A stretch of 64,000 nt of DNA from assembly GCF_030684315.1 (NCBI RefSeq), contig NC_081370.1:50424728-50488727 (forward strand), given 5' to 3'. How positions within the stretch are numbered: the first letter of the stretch is position 1; the number at the start of each line of letters is the position of its first letter. The stretch comes from Stegostoma tigrinum (taxonomy: Eukaryota). Positions 38,701 to 53,700 of the stretch are shown here, one piece after another. The position numbers and the translations under genes were made by a program. The notes under the pieces were generated by a model, which searched no databases, was not told the origin of the DNA, and saw nothing but the letters and a program-made list of their open reading frames with translations.

Positions 38701-41700
38701 TGTAAGCAAAACAGTAATGCATACAGATTTATTTTCTAGTATTAAAACTTTGGTTTTTTTAAAGTCATGTGCCAAGAGATATCAAGGCTTTGACCATGTT
38801 ATAAAATCATAACATCTGGAAGCAGAAATAGGCTATTTAGCCCTTCAAGTCTGCTCCACCATTCAGAGAGATCATGCCTGATCAGACAATCCTTAACGTT
38901 CTGCCTTTTCATCAAAACTCAGCATTCCTTTACTGATTAAAAATCTGTCTACCTCAGCCTTCGATATACTTAACCCACCCTCTACAGCCTTCTGCAGTAA
39001 AAATTCCGCTGATTCATTGCCATCTGAGAGAAGAAATTCCTCCTTATCTTGCCGTCAATGAGTGAGGTTACGCCGTTTGGTCCTAGATTCACCCATGAAG
39101 GGAAACAATCTGTTAGTATCTACCTTGTTATTAAAAGAGTTCTAAAATTGTTAGCCAGTGTGGTTCAGAATATATAAAATATAGGAGTGAAACTGTCAGT
39201 TATTTCAGTTCTGAGATATGTTTGAAACCATGGTTTATGTCTGTTCTTGTGAGGGAATGCTTTTATGAAAATGTTTTCAGAAGTCCAAAGATATGGCATT
39301 GGTTAGGTTGCTGGATTGATATCCAGAGACATATGGTGTCGGGAAAGAGTTCCAAATACCAGTACAGCAGCTGGTGATATTCAAATTCAGTTCATAAGTC
39401 CTGGAATTATAAAAGTAATCTGTGATGTAAAAACTATTGTTTATTGCCATGAAACCCATTCTGTCGGGAAGGAAATATTCAATCCTTACTTCATATGTCT
39501 GATGTGTGACACCAATCCCACAGTCATGTGGCTAACTCTTAAATATTCTCTGAAATGACCAAGCAAGCCACTCAGTTCAAACGCAGTTGGGTAGGGTTGG
39601 GCAATTAATGCTGATCTTCATCTCCAACCCCTTGAAAGTAATGTTTTTTATAAAATGGAGTAATATAATGTCAACCATGTATCCAAATAGGGATTTGCCA
39701 CCGCGAGTCATATACTCATATAAACGTATTTTGAACAACCCAGGAAAATTACAAGGATTAAGCACATTAATCCTATTTAATATCTTACATATATATATAG
39801 CTTGCTTTCATTTTTGGGTATATATTGCTAAATTGTGAATCAATAAACAATTAAAACTTTTTTTCTTTTTACTAGTGTCCGGTCAGTTCTGATGCCTTCA
39901 GGAAACCAAGATAGAGATATGGCTGGCAGACTTCCTGACTGTTCTTCGATGTTAGATTTCCACAGCAATGAACAGCTTTATCAACTAGTGAAAGAACTGG
40001 AAAATACACCAGACTTGAAATCAGGAATACCAGACTACTATGCCAAGCAGGTAAGTTTTGTTTTCTTAACCGAAGGCCACATTATATAACACTTGTTGAA
40101 TATTGTTAATGCTAATGTTTAAAAAAATGTTGGAGCATGTTTCAGTAAAAAAGGAACTGGTGTCAGAGCCTGCAATGGAGCAATAAGCCAGAATAAAATG
40201 ATTTTGAGAACAAAGCAAACCTTGGGCTCCTGTAGCCTGCTCTTGCATTTAGTAGTTCATTGCTAATTGTCTGACACAATTTCCCTTTCCACCCAACTCC
40301 CTGATCTGTCTTATTTTCCTAATGGACCAAAAATCTGACTTTCTCAGTCTTCAATTGGTTTAACAACAAAGCTTCCATGATCTTCATTAGCAAAAATTTC
40401 CAAAGATTCGCAACATTCTCAGTCAACAAATTTATCCTTCAGCCTAAATAATCAGTCCCTTGTCCTGAGGTTGTAGCCCGAGTTCCAGATTCCTCAGTTA
40501 GACAAAACAGCCTGTCTAGCTACCCTACAAAACTCCTTCGCAATCTTGGATGTTTCGGTGAGATCATATCATTCTTATAAACTCCAGGGAATATGTCCCA
40601 AGCTTATTTGGCCTTTCGTTGTAGGACAGTCCCATTACTTCAGGAATTACTCTATCAGACCTTTACTATATAGACTCGAAGACAAGTATATCCTTCCTTA
40701 AATATAGAGACCAAAACTGCGCACAGTGCTCCAAATGTGATCTCCCCAAAGCCCGCTTGATTTGTAACAAGACTTTGTCCTACTTGGACCCCAGTCCCCT
40801 TGCACCAAGGCCTTTGGTGTCAAACTTGCTAAAAAGTAAATGCAGTGTTTTGTCCTAAGTTGATAAGTTAGCCCATGTTTTTGGATGATATCCCTTCTAT
40901 TTATAGTCCAATGCAGGACACAGTCATTACCCTGCTTTACCCCTTCTAATGTTCACACTTTATAATTGGGTCTATGTATTCCTTGTGTACGTTTTCATTT
41001 GGTTCCTGACACATGATAGAGCCTCATCTTACCATTCCTTTCTATCTGGTTACTTTGAAAAAAATCCCTCAATATTGTTTCACCTGTTTGCCACTTTATT
41101 TTAAGAATTAATAAGTTGCCATTCAAAGCACCAGAGATAGTGTTGAGAGTGCCGTTTTCTGCTTGTACAGAGCAGTAACTATAAACTACAGTATAAAAGT
41201 GACAAAAATAATACAAATGATCCTTGTATTTCAATTGAAAATGTAATGCAAAAACTGCTATGGGTCACACTAGATTAAGTCAATTCATTCAAGAAATTTT
41301 GTAGCTTGCTAACTGAGTTGGCAGTTTTGATATTTTGGAGAAGGCTTGACAGTTGCAAAATATGTCATGTTTCATGCAGTGTCATTTTACACATAGATGT
41401 CATACAAGAATGGTTCCAAGAATGAGAAACTTCAGTTATGAAGGGTTTGTTGAAAAAAATCTGGCCTGTTCTCCTTGGGGAGAGAACGGCCAGAGAAAAT
41501 GTCACAGGCGTTTTTAAATCATGAGTGGCCTGGATAGAGTAGGTAGGTAGCTAGGATTTGCCAATCGTAAGGGAACACAGATCTAAAATAATGTACAAAA
41601 GAAGGAAGGGTGATATGAAAAAATACTTTTACACTCAGTGAGTAATTAGGATGTGGAATGCTTTGTTCCGAAGTATGGCGGCCCCAAGTTCAATTGAGGC

Positions 41701-44700
41701 ATTAAGAGGACATTGGATGAATGTTTGGATAGAAATGGTGTGCAAGGGTATGGGGGGTGGGGAGGATATTGACACGAGGGTAAAAAGCTGATGTAGGCAT
41801 GATGGGCCAAATGGCTGCCTCCTGCACTATTATACTGTGAAGAATGATGACTTCCATTTATCCACTGGAGACGTCTACGTTTATTTTTTGCATGTATGCT
41901 CCCAAGGCTACATTTTTGTACTTTGCATTGCAACTATGATTTGCTTTTCTTTGAAAAGGCTCTGTATTCTCACTTGAGTATTATTGAGGAACAAGTTGGA
42001 GAGGTCATCTCGCGAGCTATTGAAAAGGTAAGCTGATAACTTTAGTATGTCAAATTAAAGATGCCTCCTACTGGCAGGGCAGACCCAGCAGAAGTGGTGG
42101 CACAGTGGTATACATTCAGGAAAGAATTGCCCAATAGCCCTCAACACAGATGTTGGGCCCTATGAAGCCTCATAGAATCCGGTCAAATATGGACATGGAA
42201 CCACGTGTTGATTGCCACATACCCGCTGCCCAGACTCCTAGCTGATGAATCATTGCTCCTCCGTGTTGAACAACAGCTGGAGAAAGCACTGAATGTGGCA
42301 CGGGCACAGAATATACTCTGCATGGGGTATTTCAGTGTCCACTACCAGGAGTGGTTTCACAGCGCCACTACTAACTGAGCTGATCCTCAAGTGCTAAAGA
42401 ACATAGCTACCAGACTGGGTCTTTGGCAGGTGGTTAAGGAACCAAAAAGAAAGGAAGACATACTTGACTTCATCGTCCCCAGTCTGCCTCCTACAGATGT
42501 ATTTGCCCCTGACAGTATCGGTCACAGTGACCATGCCACAGTTCACATAGAAACAAAACTCTGCTTTCACGTTGAGGATATCCTCCATCGTGTGTGTGGC
42601 TCAGTGACTGTTCCAAATGAGATAGACTTTGAACAGATCTAGCAATTAATTGGTCATCAACAGCATCCAAATTATACTCCAACACATCTGCAAATTCATG
42701 GCCTGGCATATCCTCCATTCTTCCATATCCTTCAAGCTGGGAGGGGATCAAATCTGGCTCAGTGATGATTTTAGGGCATGCTAGGAGCAGTACCAGGGCA
42801 AAGCCTAAAAATTAGGTGTCAGCTTGATGAAGCTATTAAACAGGGCCATTTGCATGCCAAACTGCATAATCAACAAGTGGCAGATAGAGCTCAGTGATTC
42901 CACGTCCAGCAAATAAGATCCAGGCTGTGCAATCCTGCACGTCTATTCATAAATGGTGGTGGACAATGAAGCAATTCACTGGAGGAGAAGGCTCCACAAA
43001 CGTCTCATTCCTCAAATTTGGAAGAACCCAAACGTCAGTGTGAAAGATAAGGCTGACACATTCACAGCAATCTTCAGCCTAATGTTCCAAGTGATGATCC
43101 ATCCACCCTCCCCCAAAGGTCCCCAGCATCACACATGCCAGCCTACAGCCAATTCTGAGCAATTAAGCATTCATATTCTATTTTGGGTTGTGACTGTTAA
43201 GTTTCACTGTTTCATGCAACCATCCTGTATTTCAGAATCTGATTTTTAGTGTAAATTATGGATCTGTAATGCTTCAGAAATATTTCTTATAAAATATGGT
43301 GTCCTGTATGTAATGTCCGCTTTTAATATTTGTGCTCCCAATCCATAAACACCACAACAATTTCCATTTAATAGAGAGAAGCAGTATCTCCGAATAGCCA
43401 GTATTGTAGCTGACTTATGCCACTTCACTTCACTTAAATAGAGCCATTTAAGAATGAAATGCAATGTACTTTTTGCCACTTGCCCTGTATTATGTTGGAC
43501 TAATACAATGAACTCTTGGCACCCTATCATAAGATGATGCAACACAGAAAGGTGTCATTCACTTATCAGGCCAATGGAAGCTCTTTGGTTGAGTGTCTAA
43601 TGGGTCTTGTTCCAGTGCTGTTTCCCTGTAACCATTTTTTAAAAAATGTATATTATGCTCATTTGAATACTACTATTGAGCCTATTATCACTTTTTCAGG
43701 CAATACATTCTAGATCACAATAATTCACAATATAAAGAATATTATAAATGTTATAAATATAAGAGTGCTGAGTTTATCTGCAAGTCAATTGAAATAGTTA
43801 AGCAGGAAAGCTGACATTCCAAGTCTAGACCCTTCCTCAGAAATGGGGGAGGGTAAGGGGATTCTGAAATAAATAGGAAGAAAGGGGCAGGCGGATCGAG
43901 GATGGATAAAGGAGAAGATAGGTGAAGAGGATTCAGACCAGTCAAGGAGGCGGGATTGGAGCCAGTGAAGGTGGGGAGCTAGGAAGGGTATAGGTCAGTC
44001 CAGGGAGGACAGACAGGCCAAGGAGGCGGGTTGAGGTTAGTAGGTAGGAGATGGGGGTGGGTCTTGAGGTGGGAGGAGGGGATAGATGGGAGGGCAGATT
44101 AGGGAGGTGGGTATCAGCTAGGCTGATTTTGGGATGTGGTCAGGGGAGGGGAGATTTTGAAGCTTGTGAAATCCACATTGATACCCTTGGGCTGCAGGAT
44201 TCCCAAGCGGAATATGAGTTACTGTTCCTGCAACCTTCGGGTGGCATCGTTGTGGCACTGCAGGAGGCCCGAGGAGAGGGAGGGGGAGACGAAATGGTTT
44301 GCAACTGGGAGGTGCGTTGTTTGGTGGGAATCGAGCGTAGATGTTCCACAAAGCAGTCCCCAAGCATCCGCTTGATTTCCCTGATGTAGAGGAGGCCACA
44401 ACGAGAACAGCGGGTACAGTATACCACATTAGCAGATGTGCAGGTGAACATCTGTTTGATGTGGAAGATCTTCTTCGGGCCAGGGATGTGAGTTTGCGGG
44501 GAGGTGTAGGGGCAGGTGTAGCACTTCCTGCGGTTGCAGGGAAAGGTGCCAGGGCTGGTGGGGAGTGTGGAGCAGACAATGGAGTCACGGAAGGAGTGGT
44601 CCCTCTGGAACAGATAAGGGTGGGGAGGGAAAATGTCTTTGGTAGTGGGGTCGGATTGCAGTTGGCGAAAGTGTCGGAGGATGATGCATTGGATCCAGAG

Positions 44701-47700
44701 GTTGGTGGGTGGTACGTGAGAACAAGAGGGATTCTGTTTTCGTTGTTATTGCGGGGAGGGGGTATGAGTTGCGGGAAATGCAAGAGACGCAGTTGAGGGC
44801 GTTTTCAACCACTGTGGAGGGGAAGTTGCGGTCCTTGAAAAACGAGGACATCTGGGATATCTGAGAGTGGAATTCCTCATCTCGGGGGCAGAGGCGAAGG
44901 AATTGGGAATAGGTGATGGCCTTTTTGCAGGAAGGTGGGTGAGAGGAGATGTACTCAAGGTAGCTGTGGGAGTCGATAGGCTTGAAATGGATATCGGTTT
45001 CCAGGTGGTTGCCAGAGATGGAAATAGAGAGGTCCAGGAAGAAGAGAGAGGCTTTGGAGATGGACCAGTTGAACTTAAGGTTGGGGTGGAAGATGTCAGT
45101 GACGTGGATGAACTGTTCGAGCTCCTCGTGGGAACACGAGGCGGTGCTCATACAGTCCTTAATGTGACCGAGGAAGAGGGGGATAGGGCCAGTGTAGCTT
45201 TGGAAGAGGGATTGTTCCAAGTATCCTACAAAGAGGCAGGCATAGCTTGGGCCCATGTGGGTACCCATGGCCATACCCTTTGTCTGTAGGAAGTGAAACG
45301 AATTGAAAGAGAAGTTGTTGAGAGTGAGGACGAGTTCGGATTCGCGGATGAGGGTGCCAGTGGAGGGGGACTCATCGGCCCTGCAAGACAGGAAGAAGCG
45401 GAGGGCCTTTAGGCCATCTGCATGGGGAATGCAAGTATATAGGGACTTTCCATGGTAAAGATGAGATGTTGGGGACCAGGGATTCGGACTTTTTGGAGGG
45501 GTTGGTGTCACGGATGTAGGTAGGGAGTTCCTGGACCAAGGGCGAGGAAATGGTGTCTAGATGAGTGGAGATGAATTCAGTGGGGCAGGAGCAGGTGAAG
45601 ACAATGGGTCGACCAGGGCAGTCAGGTTTGTGGATTATGGGAAGGAGATAGAAGCGGGCGGTGCAGGGTTGAGGAACGATGTGATTGGAGACTGTGGGTG
45701 AGAGGTCACCTGAGGTGATGAGGTTGTGGATGGTTTGGGAGATGATGTTTTGGTGTTTGGGGGTGGAGTCATGATCTAGGAGGTGGTGCTGGAGAGTTGG
45801 CGCCTGGCTTGGGGGATGTAGAGGTCAGTGTGCAATACTACAAGAGCGGTCTAGACCGAAATGTCAGTTTTCCTGCTCCTCTGATGCTGCTTGGTCTGCT
45901 GTGTTCATCCAGCTCTACACCTGGTTGTCTCAGATTCTCCAGCATCAGCAGTTCCTGCTATCTCTGCAACAATTGAAATAGTTATTCCTTATTTGTAAAT
46001 TTGAACACCATTTAATCTCTTCTTAATCTGATGAGCCCAGTTTCTCTAAACATAACCAAATTCATAAACTAATAAGAAATAGGAGCAGGAGTAGACCATT
46101 CATTTAGCTTATCAAACTTCGGTAAGATCATAGCTAATCTGGTTGTCGTAACTCCGCTTTCCTGTCTGCCCCCCAATAATCCTTGACTCTCCCTCTGATC
46201 GGAGTACTGTCTAACCTATCCTTGAATATTTTCAGCAAATCAGCCTCCGTTTCTTGGAAGAGATTTCTGAAGACTGATGATGCTCTGATAGAAGTTCCTC
46301 ATTATTTTTGTCTGAAGTGGAAAGCGCTTATTTTGACCAGAATCTTCCATTTCTAATTCTACCATGTGGGGAAATATCCTAAATAAGAACTGAACAAACT
46401 GCAGACGCTGTTGAATCAGGAACAAAAACAAAGTTGCTGAAAAAGCTGAGCGGATCTAGCAGCATCTGTGAAGAAAAAAAACAGAGTTAACATTTCTGAG
46501 GAAGGGCCACCAGATCCAAAATGTTAACTGGGTTTTTTCCCCTCACAGACACAGCCAGACCTGCTGAGATTTTCCAGCAACTTTATTTTTGTTGTTGTGG
46601 GGAAATATCCTCTCAACGTCCATCCCATTAAGCAACCTCAAAAATCTTGAGTTTCACAAAGATCACCCTTCATCCTTCGAAATGCTGATACATTTGGGAA
46701 CAGTCAGTTCCCCTTGCAATAAAAACCAAACATGCCGTTTGTCTTTCTAATTACTTGCTGTGATTCTAACTTCTGATTCATATATAAGTGCACCCAGATC
46801 CCTCTTTATGTCCTGCCATTTAAATAAACTGCTATTTCCTTCCTGTCAGAGTAGACAACATCATATTTTCCTATGTGATATTCCATCCGCCCTTTTGCTA
46901 TCCTACGCATCTTTCTATCTTTGCCCATCCTGGCAAATCTCTTTCTCACCTCTCAAAGCCCTGACAAACTTTCCTAAAGTTTGGTGTCCTGAGTTAAACC
47001 CGACTACTCATAAATGATTTATGAGGGCTCAGTATAACAGTTACTTTTGTACTCCTCTTCCATTGATAAAACCAAGAATTTCTTAAGCTTTTAACAGCTT
47101 GCTGAAATTTGTCTGTCACCGTCAAAGATATTCCTACATTCTCAAGCTTCTACTCCTTTGAAAATTGGACCAATTAGTTTATATTGCATGTGTTTAGACT
47201 CCTGAACATGATGGGTGGATTTGAATTATTGCACTTTTGCTATTGTTCATTGGATAACGTGAAGGTTAGCCTCTCAATTTACATTCAAAATTATTTGTTT
47301 ATTATATAATTACGTGGCATATGTTTACCATTCTAATAACTGAGCAATTATTTTTAAACTATTATGCAATGCGTTCTGTTGATGTCAAACTTCAATCTGT
47401 ACCTAGTATTTTTGTGTGAGACAGAACAGATTCTTCTGACTCATTATGCTGATGGCTCACTCAAACTCATACAAGTCAGACTAAGTTACTCTGACGATAA
47501 AAACAATATAGAAATTTATAGAACAAAGAAAATTACAGCACAGGAACAGGCCCTTTGGCCCTCCAAGCCTGTGCTGATCCAGATCCACTATCTAAACCTG
47601 TCGCTATTTTCCAAGGATCTGTATCCCTCTGCTCCCTGCCCATTCATGTACTGTCTAGATACATGTTAAATGATGCTATCGTGGCCGCCTCTACCACCTC

Positions 47701-50700
47701 CACTGGCAACACGTTCCAGGCACTCACCACCCTCTGTGTAAAGAACTTTCCACGCATATTTCCTTTAAACTTTTTCCTTCTCACCTTGAAATTGTGACCC
47801 CCCAGTAATTGAGACCCCACTCGAGAAAAAAGCTTCTTGCTATCTTCCCTGTCTATACCTTCCATGATTTTGTAGACTAATCAGGTTCTCCCTCAACCTA
47901 GACCAGTCAGGTGCCCCCTCAACCTCTGTCTTTCTACTGTAAGTAATCCTAATCTACTCAACCTATCTTCATAGCTAACGCCCTCCATACCAAGCAACAT
48001 CCTGGTGAATCTCCTCTGCACCCTCTCCAAAGCGTCAATATCCTTTTGGTACGGTGACGACCAGAACTGTACACAGTATTCCAAATGTGGTCGAACTAAT
48101 GTCCTATGTACTGTAACATGATCTGCCAACTCTTGTATTCAGTACCCCGTCCGATAAATGAAAGCATGCCGTATGCGTTCTTGACCACTCTATCAACCTG
48201 CATTGCCACCTTCAGGGTACAATGGACCAGAACACCCAGATCTCCATGCATCAATTTTCCCCAGGGATTTTCCATTCCATATAGTTCACTCTTGAATTGG
48301 ATCTTCTAAATTGTATCATGTCGCATTAGCCTGGGTTGAACCCCGTCTGCCATTTCTATGCCCAACTCTCCAATCTTTACATATTCTGATGCATTCTACG
48401 ACGGTCCCCTTCACTATTTGCTACTCCACTTGTCTTAATGTCATCTGCAAACTTGTTAATCGGACCATCTATACCTTCCTGCAGATCACAAACATGAATC
48501 TCTGGGGGACACCACTGGTCATAGTTCTCCATTTTGAGAAACTCCCTTCCACTACAACTCTCTGTCATCTATTGCCCAGCTAGTTCTCTATCCATCTAGC
48601 TAGTATACCCTGGACCTCATGCGTCTTCACTTTGTCCATCAGCCTACCACGGGGAACCTTATCAAACACCTTACTGAAGTCCATCTATATGACATCTACA
48701 GCCATTTCCTCAAAGAATTCTATCAGGTTGATAAGACATGACCTTCCCTGCACAAAACCATGCTGCCAATCACTAATAAGCCCATTTTCTTCCAAATGTA
48801 AATAGATCTTATCCCTCAGTATCTTCTGCAGCAGCTTCCCCACCACTGATGTCACGTTCACCATTTTATAATTACCTGGATTATCTTTGCTCCCTTTCTT
48901 AAACAAGGGGACAACATTAGTGATTCTTCAGACCTCCAGGACCTCACCCATACTCAAGGATGCTGCAAAGATATCTGTTCAGGCCCCAGCTATTTCCTCT
49001 CTCGCTTCCCTCAGTAACCTGGGATAGATCCCAGCCGGACCTGGGGACTTTTCCATCCTAATGCCTTTTAGAATACCCAACACTTGCCCCCCCCCCCCAA
49101 CTCCTTATGCCAACTTGACTTGAAGTAATCAAACATCTATCCCTCACCTTAACATCCTTCCTGTCCCCCTCATTGGTGAATACTGATGCAAAGTACTTAT
49201 TAAGAATCTCACTCATTTTCTCTGACTCCTCACATAACTTCCCTCTTTTGTCCTTGAGTGGGCCAACCCTTTCTCTTGTTCCTCATGTACGAATAAGAAG
49301 GCTTTGGGATTTTCCTTAACCCTGTATGCTAAAGATATTTCATGACCCCTTTTAGCCCTCTTATTTCCACGTTTCAGATTGGTCCTACTTTCCCGATATT
49401 CTTCCAAAGCTTTGTCTGTTTTCAGTCGCCTGGACCTTTTATGTATGCTTCCTTTTTCCTTTTTGCTAGGCTCACAATTTGACCTGTCATCCATAGTTTT
49501 CTATCCCTCATTTTCACAGGGATGTGTCTGTCCTGCACTGTAATCAACCTCTCTTTAAAAGCCTCCCACATATCAAATGTGGATTTACCCTCAAACAGCT
49601 GCTCCCAATCCACATTCCCCAGCTTCTGCTGAATTTTGCTATAATTGACTTTTTCCCAATTTAGCACTCTTCCTTTAGGACCACTCTCATCTTTGTCCAT
49701 GAGTATTCTAAAACTTACAAAATTGTGATCACTATTCCCAAAATAATTCCCTACTGAAACTTCAGTCACCTGGCTGGGCTCATTCCCCAACACCAGGTCT
49801 AGTATGGCCCCTTCCCAAGTTGGACTATTTACATACTGCTCTATAAAACCCTCCTGGATGCTCCTTACAAATTCTGCTTCATCTAAACCCCCTAACACTA
49901 AGTGAATCCCAGTCAATGTTGGGAAAATTAAAATCTCCCATCACCACCGCCCTGTTGTTCCTACATCTTTCCATAATATGTACATGACTGGGAAAAATGT
50001 TTTCAGTTCGTGTTACTGTTAACACTATCTGATGTTATTTCTTGATTAATATATAATATTGGTGATGACGTGAGCAGTTTTTATTTGAAAAAATCAGTAG
50101 ATCTGCTTCTCTTCCAGCAAGCTGCACCAATGTGGTTACTATTGAATGAAGCAGGTTTGTACTGGCGAGCCATTGGGAATACAACTTCTGCTCTTGACTG
50201 TTTAAGACAAGCATTGAATCTGGTTCCAGAAGATTACATGGACATTCCACTTGTCAACCTGGCTAATCTGCTAATTCACATTGAGCTACACCAGGATGCT
50301 GCTGCTCTTTTGCAAAAAGCACTGGTTATTAACAGCACAGAGGTAATTTAACCAGATAAATTAAAAAAAAACTGACACTGTGTCAATTCAGAGTGAAGAA
50401 AGATTAAATGTATTTTATTTATATAAAGGACCTGGTTAAACTTGGAAAAGTGATCAAAGAATGATTAGTCTATTCAAAATTAACCTTAAGTTGTATGATC
50501 TAATTAGCATTTATGATACTTTGAAGTACCTTTTGAGCATTGCATTTAAATTAACTTAAACTGTGCTAGTATTAATGGGTTGGCAGTCTTTGCTTCAGCC
50601 TCCTCAAATGTGAGGTAAGAATTTTCCCACCTAACAGGAAGTGAGTTTCAGTGCATGTGGAGTAGTTGTATCTACTGAATTTGACAAAGATTGAGGTCCC

Positions 50701-53700
50701 AATGTCATCCAGCATTCTCTGGGTTGGGTTCTCTTTCAGCCTCCTTGCAAATCTCTTCCAAGTCCAGCAAAGAATCCCTTTTCATAGGAGCCATTTGACC
50801 TATCAAGTCTGCACTGATGGTCTGAGGAGTAGCCCACACAAACCCAGCCCTCTGCTCTACCTCTGTAACCCTACATTTACAGTGACCAATCCATCTAATG
50901 TACACATCCTTGGACTGTGGGAGGAAACCAGACCACGCAGTAGAAACCCACGCAGACACAGAGAATGTGAAAACTCCACACAGCCAACCAAGGCTAGAAT
51001 TGAACTTTGTGCTGTGAGGCAGCAGTGCTACTGAGCCACTAGGCTGTCTTTCACAGTTTGAAATGCAGTTTAAAAGTCTAAATCCTTTTTTTTAAACCCT
51101 GGATTCTTTTGGTGCATGTGATCCATGCTGTCGATACACCTTTCCAAGTTCAACAAAGATGCACAGCAGAAATTGAGTGAAACTGACCAAATAACAACAG
51201 TATGAAATCAATGACCCAATGGTCAGCTAGTCCTGACAGCAGTGGTTCTGTCAGTTGTAAGAACTACACATATTTGAATTGGAAACATCAGCAAAGAAAA
51301 TGGAAGTTTGGATACTACTGGGTTACTGAAAATGAACTAGTTGCTTTTTCCAGTAACTCAGAAAAAATGGAACAGTGTGGTGTTCAGTCATTAGTTAAAC
51401 AAGATTTTGTAAAATTTACAAAAAGAAATGGGGAGTTTGCACTGCAGTTTGCCTGCACTTTCCACATCCTAGAAAAGTATATTTTTTAAATGCCGTCTCA
51501 ACACCCGCACCCCCCAAAAATTGCACAATGTAAGGTATCATTGAATAATTCTGTGTTTTAAACTGGAACTGTGGCAAAGATTAGTTGACTGAGCACAGAT
51601 TGAAGATGAGAATTTAGGCCTGGACTATATCATGACCAAGAAGTTATGAGATACAATTTTCAAACACTTTCTGGAATTAATGAAAGTCTGTAGGCACAAA
51701 CTCCATCTGAGAAAAAAAAATTAGAATTTTTTTTAATTCTTGGCACTTTAACCATTGTCATTTCTTTGTCTCCTTGGTTATAAACAAAGATCCATCAATG
51801 TAGCGTCGCAACTATGAAGGACTTAAATATAGAGGTAGACAAATTGAACGCATCAGGCTTAATAGTGTTATTCCACTTTGTGCTTATCACATAGCAGCAT
51901 AATAGCTCATACCTCATTTTATCTCTATATTAGTCATAAAAGTACTCAAATCTATACTGGTATTTCCACTTGAGAGAAGATATGTTTAAAATTTTCCACT
52001 TGCACATTTTGAATACTTTAGATGTAAACTTAACAGAGGCAAAAGGTACTAAATATCCCAACTGTTGAGTGTGGCAGTTTGCTTTATTTCTAAGTGCAAT
52101 AGCTGACAAAATTTGCATCATTTTAGTTTGTCTGAGCATTGAATTAACCCGTATTATGTTGCTTCTTCCAGCCTCTAACCCTTCTAAGCTTAGGGAATGC
52201 CTATCTGGCTCTGAGGAACATTAGTGCTGCTCTTCAAGCCTTTCGAACAGCGCTGGACAGAACAACTGGATGCCCTGAATGTGACAGCAACCTGAAGTTA
52301 ATTCGCTGCCTACAGTTCTATCCTTTCTTATACAACCTTACATCTTCCAAGTGTACAGGTAAGAACGGAATAGATCTTGAGGGAGGCAAAAAGGAAGCTC
52401 CATAATTCAGTTATCTTTTAAGTGAATGTTCATTAAAGAATTAGTTCTAGAAGCATGTATTTGTGTTCGTTAGAGTGCAAACAAAATCTCTGCCAAGAAA
52501 GATGTGCATTATTTCATTTAGCTTCATCTACATGGACATGAGACATTTTACAAGTATATAATGTTGCCTGAAGTCTTAATAATTAAGAGTTGTATCTCAT
52601 TTCAAACTGTAGATTTCATAATCATTTGTAACATAGAAGGTTACCATTTGGCCCATCAACAAATGCCTGACTTCACCAATCCCATTTTCCTGCTTTAGGC
52701 CTAAAACCCTGGAGGTTATGGTAGCACAACACAATATTCTGGACTCCCACCACCCTCTGAAAACTCGCCTCACTTCTCCTGTTAGCATTCTATCTGTTAC
52801 CTTGAATCTGTGTCTCCTTGTAATTGACCCCTCTACTAATAGAAAAGGTGCCTTTGTATCTCTCCTTTCTATTCCCTTGTGATCTTATGCACCTCTATCA
52901 GATACCCTCTCAATCTTAAATGTTCCAAAGAAAACAAACCCAGGCTGTGTAATCCTTCCTTATCATGGATCCTCCAGCCCAGCAACCTTCTGGTAGATCA
53001 CCCCTGCACCCTTTCTAGTGCAATTATATCCTACCTGTAATATGGTGATCAGAACTTCATGCAGTATTCCAATTATGGTCCAACCAGCATCTTCTTGCTC
53101 TTGTATTCTCTGTTTTAGCTAATAAAGGTAAGAATCCAGTCTGTAGAATTCTCTGCCACAAAGGAAATTTGAGGCTGGGTCACTGTTATATTTGAGGTTT
53201 ATGATAGATGGATTTTTAATCAGTAAGGGAATCCAGGATTATTGGGAAAAGGCAGGAAAACAGAATTGAGGATTGTCAGATCAGCCATGATCTCATTGAA
53301 TGTCACAGCAGGCTCAGTGGGCTGACTGGCCGACATCAGCTCTATATCTTATGGTCATATGCCTTCATGACCACCATATCTACCAACCCTGCTACCCTCA
53401 ATGATCTGTGAATATGCACACCAAAGTTTCTCTGATATTCAGCACTTTCTAGGATCCTGCCATTATGATGTAATCCCATGCATTGTTAGTCTAATCCCAT
53501 GTGCATTGCCACAAACTTTTCAGGGCTAAATCCCATACATGCACTAAAGAAAAATGATATCTTAACTACAGGTACTGGAAGGTTGTTGAGTATACTGTGC
53601 GCCATATCTTTAAATATGACAGTGTTCTTTGCATTAAATATAAATGTTTGTTTTTCATGGATGTATTGTTGGGGAAATTCCAGAGATGTTGGGAGAAAAT

